Positions 18,701 through 27,313 of a stretch of 64,000 nt of DNA are shown piece after piece (position 1 is the stretch's first letter; every line of letters starts with the position of its first letter). The notes beneath the pieces are model-generated. The model saw nothing but the letters and a program-made list of their open reading frames with translations, ran no database searches and was not told where the DNA came from. The DNA is from Porphyridium purpureum (lineage: Eukaryota). The position numbers were made by a program, and so were the translations under genes. The stretch lies in the NCBI GenBank assembly GCA_008690995.1, contig VRMN01000002.1, positions 2,170,001 through 2,234,000 of the forward strand, written 5' to 3'.

Positions 18701-19552
18701 ACGAATCTTCTCCCGAGTGCCGGAGTCGAGGATATGACCGAGGTCAAGCGCATTGATGAGATCGAGAGTCTCTCGTCCCATTTGCGATTCGGTCACTCGA
18801 ATACTCGCCAGCTTTTGCCCAGCGCGGATGCAGACTGGCTCCTTCGACTTGTTCTGTATAGTCCACGTTCTCTGATGTGTGTCCACAACACCTTCTGGAA
18901 GCTCGATGAGAATTTCACATTGTCCGAGTCCCGGAATCTTTGTATCCGTAACGCTTCGGATGAACGACCTTTCCTTCGTCTTATTTGTGAAGCACGGAAT
19001 ATGTTCGCCGTTCCGCATCTCGACGATTCGGTTCTTGAAGTTGAGCGAATGCGAGTGACGGTGCCAGAATTCCATGCCAATGATCAGGTCTTCCGCCAAT
19101 TCTTCGACGACGATGCATCGAAGCTTCGTTCGAAGTTGTCCCAGCCTTACCTCGACGAGTGTCTCCCATGCCGGGCCCATGTTTCCTCCCTGCGCGTGGT
19201 CCACGCGCGTACCAGTAGGCTCCATCGTGGCACCCCATCTTTCGGCGACCGTCCGCGACGTGTACGAGTACCCCGTGGCTCCCGTGTCCACTAGCGCTAT
19301 TATCGGAAGCCACAGTCCGGAAGAATCGAGGACGCGGATTGCAACAAAGGGTCGGCGGTCGATACTCCCACGCACTGAACAAAGGACTGCCTTGTCGAAT
19401 ATCTTCACAGTCCCGTACTCCCATGACACCGGTAGTAAATCGGATGGATCAGCCGGTGTGTCGCACTTTGACAAGCTCGGAACGGCCTCGATGCTCATCG
19501 CCTGTGCCGGATGCGCCCCTGCATCCGCTGATCCTTTTTGCTTTCCAGCGAG
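15731..19552 (-). CDS. Element B Pol: protease, RT, RNase H, integrase, GPY motif, C-terminal chromodomain; in frame with gag after one UGA (first ATG at 19498)
   Basis: LVDTGAT; LDLTDGFFQI, YIDD; TDAS, ELECLA, SDH, DALSR; H-H-C-C zinc finger, VDL, SDNG, NGVVER; WVGPY; EFLVAWYG...WTWE. Confidence 0.95.
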   Translation of the reverse strand, partial: LAGKQKGSADAGAHPAQAMSIEAVPSLSKCDTPADPSDLLPVSWEYGTVKIFDKAVLCSVRGSIDRRPFVAIRVLDSSGLWLPIIALVDTGATGYSYTSRTVAERWGATMEPTGTRVDHAQGGNMGPAWETLVEVRLGQLRTKLRCIVVEELAEDLIIGMEFWHRHSHSLNFKNRIVEMRNGEHIPCFTNKTKERSFIRSVTDTKIPGLGQCEILIELPEGVVDTHQRTWTIQNKSKEPVCIRAGQKLASIRVTESQMGRETLDLINALDLGHILDSGTREKIRGVLKKRWRVFRAEAGRARSVEHVIRVEPGATFPAAKLRRRSEAEREAEETMVRKLLDHHVLEPCNGPFASANVLIRKPTGAWRLTTDFRNLNAITVKDKYPIPLVHECLDWAGRYSLFSTLDLTDGFFQIPLHADSRDLTAMITPLGLFRYCVIGQGMSNSPATFQRLMNTVLGDLRWKHALIYIDDLIVGSSSGEDHIQILDQILERFEKEGLTFSLKKCSFMCTKIEFLGHQVQNGKIRPKERNIEVIRQWTEPRNPTEVQRFLGVVGWFRDFVPNFERVAAPLRASLEGLAMSAKKHSKKQVVECSDWANRFGAGQKLAFEALKSALTDPTVVLYQPSAGAEWVLDTDASLTGLGAALYQRVSSEYRPVCFLSRSLTAAEKNYAVTELECLAVVWAVRKCRHYLYGESIIVRSDHEPLRWLLNLREPRGRLARWALALADYSFVIEYVKGASNKVPDALSRMNLDEQESRSSRGDRVAYLVTAVSEDSNTAHELPTDEELKAAYPRDELIAKEMENLARSTPQYSDPEYFWNEAGILMAATKKPRRVVPDAFVSRVLGYYHSTGAGGHMGAAKTISRIADASWYWPGWTSDVSEFIQSCRFCSRRKGLRRQQVVIGRRRPTRRFELVAVDLLTISPKTPRGYTKVLVVADLFTRFTVAAPVVDESARSAVEAFLHVWVAPFGPPENLLSDNGPAFRSEFLSRVSQLLGIKKVFTMAHNPKANGVVERYNRTLCGLLSGMMADHDASIGWDLWLPLSVHAYNSSRHSSTGVSPYEAMFGRTANDYSQPAIDAELETDSLEEFGYQLRGRIRMMHQVALRASDKSHDKDARRSAEKVTKQGQRLSEGDAVMLWRGVSTLQGRKLESPWVGPYILEVIDGARATIRNAFETFFVHLDRLKRVDQSVELRDDFNADGERRDSVLSEIASLQKQRLIDGSTEFLVAWYGAKRSEWTWEKSEDLPETLVAEFLESAQNPADVLRSRSGRRFQ

Positions 19553-20668
19553 TCACTCAGATCCTAGAGGACCACTCCTTCCAACCCGATGGTGTCCACT
19601 CGCCTGAACCGGAGCTGTCTCCTGACACTCGCGTGCCCAATGCCCTGGTTGCTTGCATCGATAACACACGCTGGAATCCTGGCGCTTCTCCAGGATTTGC
19701 GCGACATGCTCCGCAATGACTGTCCAGTCCGACGCGGGGGAAATGGCTTCATTATGTCGCGGTAGCAGGCCTTCCTGGTAATCTCCACCGTGTTCTGGAA
19801 GCGATGGGCTCTCGTTGTTCTGGCGAATCGATGCAACACTCGGCGACCGGAAGCGGAAGTCACTGAACGTCAAGCGCTCGCCGTGCTCCTTCAGCATCTC
19901 GTGGAGAAGACCTTCATACTGCTCTTGCTTGGAGTGGAGCCTAGCCATCGGTTGATACCTTTTCGGTAAACCTTCGACGAAGTCCACCTTCAGGTCAGCT
20001 TCTGTCATCCCCAGCGCTGCCCCGATCTCTCGCAAGTCACGATGGAAAGCCGACAGATTCTCGTTGCGCTGCAGTCTCCGACTGCGATACTCGCTGCGGA
20101 TCGAAGAAACGATGGACTCCGACCAGAAACGCTCCTGTGCCCAGCACCACATATCCTCGGACGTCGCGCTTCGCTTCAGCTCACCATTCATAAATGCATC
20201 GTTGATCATATGCTCTGCTGGCCCGGAAAACGCGAAGACAACGCAATCGCGCGCCCATTCCTCTGGGAATCGGTGCGTGCAGTTCATCCATTTTCGATAT
20301 GTATTCATGAATCGGAGATCTCTCGGTCCACGAATCTCATTGCCTCGCATCGCATCGCGCACAACGCGCTCAAATCGAGTCTGCTCGAACAGATCCTTGA
20401 CTGGGACGACGTTGGACATTAATGCATGATCGACTATAGGCTGGTTCGGGACTGACACATTGTCCTTCGACTGCGACCACGCACTCAGCGCATCCTGCAT
20501 TGCCTCACGCATCGTGGTAGGCATGTCCGTCTTTAACTCCTCCAATTGCTCTTTCATCGAGGCCATCTGATCCCGCAGATCCTCGGCTTCCTTCGAAACT
20601 GATGCTGCAGTTGGTCGCGCCGCTCTGGAGGAAGCCGATGCGTGCACCGTTTCTTCACTGTCGTTCAT
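19553..20668 (-). CDS. Element B Gag with CCHC zinc knuckle
   Basis: CYRCKQPGHWAREC knuckle, retrotransposon-gag-like helical region (LQRNENLSAF...FVEGLP), position upstream of pol. Confidence 0.9.
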   Translation of the reverse strand: MNDSEETVHASASSRAARPTAASVSKEAEDLRDQMASMKEQLEELKTDMPTTMREAMQDALSAWSQSKDNVSVPNQPIVDHALMSNVVPVKDLFEQTRFERVVRDAMRGNEIRGPRDLRFMNTYRKWMNCTHRFPEEWARDCVVFAFSGPAEHMINDAFMNGELKRSATSEDMWCWAQERFWSESIVSSIRSEYRSRRLQRNENLSAFHRDLREIGAALGMTEADLKVDFVEGLPKRYQPMARLHSKQEQYEGLLHEMLKEHGERLTFSDFRFRSPSVASIRQNNESPSLPEHGGDYQEGLLPRHNEAISPASDWTVIAEHVAQILEKRQDSSVCYRCKQPGHWARECQETAPVQASGHHRVGRSGPLGSE

Positions 20669-20874
20669 CGTATAAAAGGGCGGTTTCAACGCTGACTAGA
20701 CCCGACGATTGACCTTTTTGTGGTTTTTAAATCCACCTAGTGCCCCAGGCACTGATGGTAATCCGCTCACGGCCAGGCCGATCTTGCAGAAAGATTAGTG
20801 AAAGATGCTCGGGTCAAAGTCCCAGACTTCACCCGAGCCAAAAAGAAAACCCGCTCACGGCCAGGCCGTCTCAC

Positions 20875-21165
20875 TGTTACCAATGCTGTGCCTTTTTACT
20901 CTGCTTCTTACCTCTTCTTTCTCCGAGCAAGACCTGACCGGCTAGTCCGGGCAGGCGCGTCGCCTTTTTATACCCTTACTTCCGCCAGGGACAGCAAGGC
21001 GCCAAGAGAAATGACAATGCAAATCATTGGCATTTCTGCGCGCGTCTAGAAGGTTCTGGAACCTCTAGAAGCTTCTAGAAACGGTTAAACGGTCTACCGG
21101 TTTAGCGGCTTACCGGTTTCGGACTAACCGAACCGTTCTAGGTGACTGGGGTCGAACGGATAACA
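20875..21165 (-). repeat. 3' LTR of element C
   Basis: Identical by eye to 26425-26715. Confidence 0.94.
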
Positions 21166-21284
21166 TCTCCCCCCCTCTTGGCTCGACGTCTCGGCGAGAC
21201 TCCAAACTAAGTTGCATTCTTGGCTCGAGGAACCCGCGCTCCGGGAGAAAACCTCTGCCTAGCAAACTTCTCACGATTCCCAAG

Positions 21285-24200
21285 TCATTCAGAGTCAGAC
21301 TCTTCGATAATTTTCAACAAGTCTGGCTCAGAATCGGACGCTGGCAGGTCGTCGGGTACTTCTTCATCATTTTCCCCTGCCATGTAGTCTTCGCGTCCAT
21401 AGTATGGCTTCAGATGTTGGATCGGAAAAACATCATGACAAGCCACACCCTCAGGCAAAATCACTCGGTAAGCATGCGAGCTTACCTTCTCAATGACAGG
21501 CACCGGACCAAGAAACTTTGGTGCCGCCAAATCACTCTTGTTCGGCCGCAATTGCGGCGCCGTGATCAACACTTGATCACCAACTTGAAACTCCCGGGCA
21601 TCCTTGCTTCGATCGAAGAACTTCTGCATTCTCCCCTGGGCTTCGATCAAATTGTCGCGGACTTCTTCATGGACTTTGCACAGGCGAAACCAGTGCTCCG
21701 CCATGTCCTTTGTCTGTCCGTCGCGCGCAGGCGTCCACCCTTCACTCGGTGGAAACCAAGGATCCCTTCCATACACCACTTTGAACGGCGCGAATCCAGT
21801 GGCACTGCTTGGTGCAGAGTTGTACGCAAACTCATACAACGGCAAGTCTCGCACCCAGCCACTATTCGTCGCCATCAACTTGAGCATTTCCCGAATCACC
21901 CGGTTCACTCGCTCAGTTTGGCCATCAGTCTGCGGGTGGTTGGCGGTAGACATAGCCAACTTCATGCCCACCCGCTTGCTCAACTGCTGCCAAAACGTGG
22001 ACGTAAACAGCGGATCTCGGTCCGATACAATTGACTTGGGGTATCCGAAACGGCTCACGACGTGCTTCACGAACAAGTCAGCACAACGTTTTGCTGTCAA
22101 GTCCTTGCGCGTTGGGATGAACAGCGCCATCTTCGAATAGCGATCCACCACAGTCATGATTGCATCACAGCTGCCTTCGCTCCGAGGCAGCTCCGTCACA
22201 AAGTCCATCGAAATGTCGACCCAAGGTCCTTCTGGGATCGACAAGGGCTTCAGCTTTCCAAACGACCGATTCTCAGACTTTGTCACTTGGCATGCGTGAC
22301 AAGTCTTCACAAAACGGCTCACGTCTCGCTTCATCTTTGGCCAGTAGAAGCGAGTTATCAAAGACGCATACGTCGTGTCCGCTCCACGGTGCCCTGCTGT
22401 CGGGATATCGTGGTGGAGCTGCATGACACGCTCTCTGAACTTCCTCGGCACGCAAACGCGATTCCTCAAGTACAAGAGCCCAGCTTCGGTTCGAAAGCCT
22501 TGGTGGGTCGGTAAATCCCCCATCAAAGCACCAAAGTCTGGGTCACTCGAGTACGAACCCACGAATGCCTGGAAACCCGCACCAAATTCATCACACCGAA
22601 CTTGGTACTCTAGCGCGTGTAACTCTGGCTTCCTCGACAAAGCATCGGCTACCACGTTCGACTTGCCCTTCACGTAGTCGATCGTGATGTCAAACTCGGC
22701 CAAAAAGTCCAACCACCGTGCTTGCCGGTCATTCAGCTCCTTCTGCGTCATCAAATGTTTCAACGCCTCATGATCCGTATGAAGCACAAACTTTGCCCCG
22801 TACAGATAAGGTCGAAACTCTCGCAGACAGTGAATGACGGCCATGAGCTCACCTTCATAGCTGCTGTACCTGGTCTCTCGGTCCAGCAGCTTCCTTGACG
22901 TAAACGCGACCGGTCTGCCTTCCTGTGCCAGCCATCCCCCCACCGCGACTTCGGAGCGGTCTGTGTACACCTCGAATGGCTTTTCAGGGTCTGGCAAGGC
23001 CAACACCGGCGCTTCCGTCAACATCCCGACAATCTTCTTGAAGGCGTTCTTGCCTTCATCTCCCAGTTCGATCAGCTGCTTCTTCGACTTTGCGTTCTGC
23101 AACAGCGAAGTCAGCGGCGCCACGACGGTAGAGTATCCTTTGACAAACCTGCGAAACCAGTTTGTCATTCCCAAAAAGGATCTCAACTCCGTCACCGTCT
23201 TTGGCACTGGCCAATCTTTCAAAGCTTCCACCTTCCGTGGATCCATCTTCACGCAACCGTTGCCGACAATGTTCCCCAGGTATTCGACTTCAGAAACGAA
23301 GAAGCTGCACTTCTTGCGCTTCAACCGATACCCCGCCTTTTGCAAGCGCGACAACACTTCCTTCAGGACCTCGCCGTGCGACTGCCTATCCTTGGTAAAG
23401 ACCAAAATATCGTCCAAGTAGACAATGACGGTCTTGTCCAGCAGATCTGCAAACAGCTCGTTCATGGCCCTCTGAAATGTTGCCGGCGCGTTGCAAAGAC
23501 CAAACGGCATCACGCGGAACTCGAACTGTCCGTACCTGGTCTGGAACGCGGTCTTCGGCACGTCCTCTCTCCGAACACGCAACTGGTGGTATCCCGATGC
23601 CAAATCCAACTTTGAGAAACAGTGAGCTGCGCCCAGTCGATCCAGCAACTCATCCATGTTCGGCAACGGATACCGGTCCTTCACAGTTGCGTCGTTCAAC
23701 GCCCGATAATCAACGCACATCCTCATGCTGCCGTCTTTCTTCTTCACGAACAGCACGGGTGCTCCAAACGGGCTCTGACTTGGCTGGACGAATCCTTTGT
23801 CCAGCAAGTCATCCAAAGTCTCTCGGAGGACTTTCAACTCCGCAGGGCTCAGTCGGTAGACCCTGCCCACTCTCACAGGCTTCTCATCTTTCAGCCTGAT
23901 CACATGCTCCACTGTTCGGCTCTCAGGCAGCCCTCGCGGCTCCTCGAACAGATTTTCGAAATCATTGAGCATCTTTCTCACAGAGTCAGCGTCTTTTCGC
24001 TCCACTGAACAGGGCTCCTCCCTTCCTTTCAGCACGCCGAGGTAGCACTCTTCTACCTCCCAACTCTTCAACAGCCGACGGAGCTCTTTCCGTGGCACCA
24101 GCATCTGCGTCATGCTCCAGGCCTTTTTTTCTCCGTAGGCCAACATGCCAGACTGCCAATCAATCACTGGGTTCTCCCGCTTCAGCCACTCCATGCCCAA

Positions 24201-24683
24201 GATTGCGTCTTGTCCCGCAATCCGGCAAATGGCAAAGTTAGCGGCCCCCGAGTACCCATCACTCAGTGTAAACTTGACATTGGAAACTTCTCCGGCTGTT
24301 TCCAATACGGACCCATCCGCTAGGGTCACATGATCTCTCTTCCACGACGCCTTATGCTTCAGGCCGTCGGATTTCAGCACAAAGTCCACGCTCATGAAGT
24401 TGTCCGTCGCGCCACTGTCAATCAAAAACGTGGCCTCTCCGTCGGACTTGTGCACTTTTCCTCGAACTCGAAGAAGCATGGCAGCTCCCATTCCTCCAAG
24501 TTCCTTGATCACGGGCTGATTTGCGCTCGAGTTTCGCCCACAAGGCGTCGGACAGCCAGACCTTGGCTTACCAAGGCCACCACAGCGGTCTCCATTGCCG
24601 CCCCTAGAGGTCTCGTAACGCCTGCGAGCCTCCTTTCCCTCTGACTGTCCGAGGAACCTTTCTACTCGAGCTCCTCGTTTTTT
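21285..24683 (-). CDS. Element C Pol (PR-RT-RH-INT, no chromodomain), probably reached by a -1 frameshift from gag
   Basis: FLIDSGAT...ILGMEWL; RMCVDYRALN, MPFGL, YLDD; TDH, ADALSR; ISMDFV, SDRD, QTDGQTER. The frame overlaps the end of gag in -1. Confidence 0.93.
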   Translation of the reverse strand, partial: KKRGARVERFLGQSEGKEARRRYETSRGGNGDRCGGLGKPRSGCPTPCGRNSSANQPVIKELGGMGAAMLLRVRGKVHKSDGEATFLIDSGATDNFMSVDFVLKSDGLKHKASWKRDHVTLADGSVLETAGEVSNVKFTLSDGYSGAANFAICRIAGQDAILGMEWLKRENPVIDWQSGMLAYGEKKAWSMTQMLVPRKELRRLLKSWEVEECYLGVLKGREEPCSVERKDADSVRKMLNDFENLFEEPRGLPESRTVEHVIRLKDEKPVRVGRVYRLSPAELKVLRETLDDLLDKGFVQPSQSPFGAPVLFVKKKDGSMRMCVDYRALNDATVKDRYPLPNMDELLDRLGAAHCFSKLDLASGYHQLRVRREDVPKTAFQTRYGQFEFRVMPFGLCNAPATFQRAMNELFADLLDKTVIVYLDDILVFTKDRQSHGEVLKEVLSRLQKAGYRLKRKKCSFFVSEVEYLGNIVGNGCVKMDPRKVEALKDWPVPKTVTELRSFLGMTNWFRRFVKGYSTVVAPLTSLLQNAKSKKQLIELGDEGKNAFKKIVGMLTEAPVLALPDPEKPFEVYTDRSEVAVGGWLAQEGRPVAFTSRKLLDRETRYSSYEGELMAVIHCLREFRPYLYGAKFVLHTDHEALKHLMTQKELNDRQARWLDFLAEFDITIDYVKGKSNVVADALSRKPELHALEYQVRCDEFGAGFQAFVGSYSSDPDFGALMGDLPTHQGFRTEAGLLYLRNRVCVPRKFRERVMQLHHDIPTAGHRGADTTYASLITRFYWPKMKRDVSRFVKTCHACQVTKSENRSFGKLKPLSIPEGPWVDISMDFVTELPRSEGSCDAIMTVVDRYSKMALFIPTRKDLTAKRCADLFVKHVVSRFGYPKSIVSDRDPLFTSTFWQQLSKRVGMKLAMSTANHPQTDGQTERVNRVIREMLKLMATNSGWVRDLPLYEFAYNSAPSSATGFAPFKVVYGRDPWFPPSEGWTPARDGQTKDMAEHWFRLCKVHEEVRDNLIEAQGRMQKFFDRSKDAREFQVGDQVLITAPQLRPNKSDLAAPKFLGPVPVIEKVSSHAYRVILPEGVACHDVFPIQHLKPYYGREDYMAGENDEEVPDDLPASDSEPDLLKIIEESDSE

Positions 24684-25468
24684 GACTCCAGCGAGTCTCC
24701 CTCCAGCTGCTGGATAGTCTTCCTTGCCTCGGGACACGTCCTGGCGATGTGCCCCGGCTCTCCACAATTCCAGCATTTGAGCTCGCTTCGAACACGCCTC
24801 TGACCCTGCACGTTCCCGAGCTCCATCGGGACAGGTCCTTCCTGCGCTGCACGACCGAAAAATGGCGTCCTCACACTTGAATCACGCACGCCGCGGGTCG
24901 CATGAATGGCGTCATCCACGACCACCGCCACCTGCGCAGCCTCCGCAAACGTACTCACTCCTCGCTTGTAAACTTCCAGGCGGACCTCGGGCTTCAGACC
25001 CCTCACAAAGCGGTCCATCATTTCTGCGTCCGACAAGTCCGGAATCACAAGTGCCGCGTCCTGAAAAGCCGCCACATACGCATGGGCCGGGCCTTTCTGC
25101 GAAAGACGCGTCAACTTGTCCCTTGCACGCCTGATCGAATCCTGCGGCGTGAACCGAGCACTCACGAGGGCAGCAAAATCATTCCACGTCGTGGGGATCT
25201 CCTGCGGGTAGCGTTCGCAGTTTAGAACCCACCAATGAAGCGCCTCTCCCTCGAAATAGTCTGATGCCAGGTCCACAGCACGCCTCTCCGCAAGCAGACG
25301 TTTCTCCAAATCGTCCGGGTGGATGCTCTCCAACAGCCGGCCCAAGATCTTCTTTCTCGCCTGGAACAACCACGTCTTCACAACCAGAAGGTCCCTCTTC
25401 CCGTCGAACCTCATCAGACGGGCCTCCTTCGGGCCACGTGGTCCCAGCGTCTCCGAATCAATCTCCAT
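24662..25468 (-). CDS. Element C Gag
   Basis: Retrotrans_gag-like core (TWNDF...RF...LSQKG...Y...F...FVRGL), GPVPMELG, CWNCGEPGHIARTC knuckle. Confidence 0.92.
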   Translation of the reverse strand: MEIDSETLGPRGPKEARLMRFDGKRDLLVVKTWLFQARKKILGRLLESIHPDDLEKRLLAERRAVDLASDYFEGEALHWWVLNCERYPQEIPTTWNDFAALVSARFTPQDSIRRARDKLTRLSQKGPAHAYVAAFQDAALVIPDLSDAEMMDRFVRGLKPEVRLEVYKRGVSTFAEAAQVAVVVDDAIHATRGVRDSSVRTPFFGRAAQEGPVPMELGNVQGQRRVRSELKCWNCGEPGHIARTCPEARKTIQQLEGDSLESKNEELE

Positions 25469-25722
25469 GCTTTCTGGAAACAAGCACACTCAACGACGAC
25501 AACGACACAAACCGCGAGTCTCCGCTGCTCACACTCTCGAACAGCTGCGCGCAACACGAACGGGCTTCGATTGCCCTCACGAACACAAACCGACACACGA
25601 AGCAGTCCTCTCACTCACACACACGTACAGCAATCCGCTCACGCACACACAAGAAAGCACACAGCAATCCTCCTCTGTTGCGCTGGATGGGGAGCGGCCC
25701 GGGCCTTTGCACTGGGGCGGGG

Positions 25723-26454
25723 ATTATAGATGCGATCTTATATGGAAGTGTTCGGCGCCTACCTTCGCAAAGGTGGTCGTGCGACACTAGGATGAATCCT
25801 AGTGAAGGCTGACCGTTACGGCTCTTGCCTACTAATACGTGCTAAGGCAGAGAGCGAGTCCGCCGTCAAGGCCTAGGCCTATCGTACAGCCAAGACTGAG
25901 ACCCGCTTCCGCCCGTCGCACCCTCCGGATCGACTTACTCGAACCCCCTTACCCGCAGACTCTCCCACCCAGGCAACCCCAGAGAAACTCTAAGAGAACC
26001 TTAGAGCAACCCCAGGTAACCAGCGATGATACCAAATGTTACCAATGCTGTGCCTTTTACTCTGCCGAGATAGCTTGGCAACTCGGCTCTCGGATCCGTA
26101 GGGATTGACAATTATAGATGCGATCTTGTATGGAGGTGTTCGGCGCCTACCTTCGCAAAGGTGGTCGTGCGACACTAGGATGAATCCTAGTGAAGGCTGA
26201 CCGTTACGGCTCTTGCCTACTAATACGTGGTAAAGCAGAGAGCGAGTCCGCCGTCAAGGCCTAGGCCTATCGTACAGCCAAGACTGAGACCCGCTTCCAC
26301 CCGTCGCACCCTCCGGATCGACTTACTCGAACCCCCTTACCCGCAGACTCTCCCACCCAGGCAACCCCAGAGAAACTCTAAGAGAACCTTAGAGCAACCC
26401 CAGGTAACCAGCGATGATACCAAATGTTACCAATGCTGTGCCTTTTTACTCTGC
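25723..26454 (-). repeat. Tandem duplication (period 388 bp) of the C leader, including a second PBS and the last about 29 bp of U5
   Basis: 25723-26065 matches 26111-26454 with a few mismatches; both contain GCGATGATACCAAATGTTACCAATGCTGTGCC. Confidence 0.9.
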
Positions 26455-26715
26455 TTCTTACCTCTTCTTTCTCCGAGCAAGACCTGACCGGCTAGTCCGG
26501 GCAGGCGCGTCGCCTTTTTATACCCTTACTTCCGCCAGGGACAGCAAGGCGCCAAGAGAAATGACAATGCAAATCATTGGCATTTCTGCGCGCGTCTAGA
26601 AGGTTCTGGAACCTCTAGAAGCTTCTAGAAACGGTTAAACGGTCTACCGGTTTAGCGGCTTACCGGTTTCGGACTAACCGAACCGTTCTAGGTGACTGGG
26701 GTCGAACGGATAACA
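26425..26715 (-). repeat. 5' LTR of element C
   Basis: Adjacent to a tRNA-iMet-like PBS; TATAAAAA on the minus strand at about 26515-26522. Confidence 0.94.
26598..26631. promoter_or_regulatory. Putative heat-shock elements in U3 of the C LTR (also at 21048-21081)
   Basis: AGAAG-GTTCT-GGAAC and AGAAG-CTTCT-AGAAA are two perfect nGAAn-nTTCn-nGAAn triplets, about 75 bp upstream of the TATA box. Confidence 0.6.
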
Positions 26716-27025
26716 CTCACGGTCGCTCACGGCCCTGCCGGTCTTGCTCTGCTAGTTTTTTTCTTTGTCGATTTGAAAGCTGCTCACGTCCCGGACGGTT
26801 TCGCAGCCGCTCACGGCCCGGCCGGTCTTGCTTATATCGATTAAGAGCCACGATTCACACCCGATGATACTCGGATGGAAAACGACACCGAAGACGAAGA
26901 CGACAAAAACGCCTGATCAGGGCAAGATTGTCACGACTACGTCCCCACCCAAAACCCCGCGCCCTGGTCCCAGACCAGCTGCACGCCGCTCGCCAAGCCC
27001 CAGGCCTACGGCAAAACTAGTTTTG

Positions 27026-27313
27026 TGCCGTGATATGGTCCTGAATGGCCCACTCACTCCCCTCCTCCGCTAGCCCGGCCGCACGGAGAACCTATACCCC
27101 AATCCTGCTGGCCCCATCGGCCCTCTCTTTTACTCTTGCTAGATCGCCGCGACGGCGGTCTTAAATACCCTTCTCTACCCTACGCTAACCGTTAGACTGT
27201 TTAAGAACCTAAGAATAACCGCTGCCCGGTACGGACAAGGATTGTTATGGTACAGTGCGGGGCAGTGCTGTACAGTGCGTGGAGGGGTACGGCGGAGAGA
27301 GCGAGTCATGACA
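27026..27313 (-). repeat. 5' LTR of element B
   Basis: Direct repeat of 14528-14815, followed by the TSD TCCG. Confidence 0.93.

Larger units (their letters stand above)
20875..26715 (-). mobile_element. Ty3/Gypsy LTR retrotransposon C (5841 bp) nested in the 5' leader of B
   Basis: 291-bp LTRs 20875-21165 and 26425-26715 (TGTTA...TAACA). 5-bp TSD CTCAC (20870-20874 and 26716-26720). PPT AAGAGGGGGGGAGA at 21166-21179. PBS TGGTATCATCGC at 26411-26422. Confidence 0.96.
14528..27313 (-). mobile_element. Ty3/Gypsy LTR retrotransposon B (about 6.9 kb without nested C), inserted in element A unit 3
   Basis: 288-bp direct repeats 14528-14815 and 27026-27313 (TG...CA). 4-bp TSD TCCG (14524-14527 and 27314-27317), confirmed against the empty site in units 1 and 2. 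PR-RT-RH-INT order. Confidence 0.95.

Noticed and set aside
14798..25860. Shared 12-mer AGAGAGCGAGTC in the B LTR and the C leader
   Set aside because: Too short to distinguish from chance without more copies.
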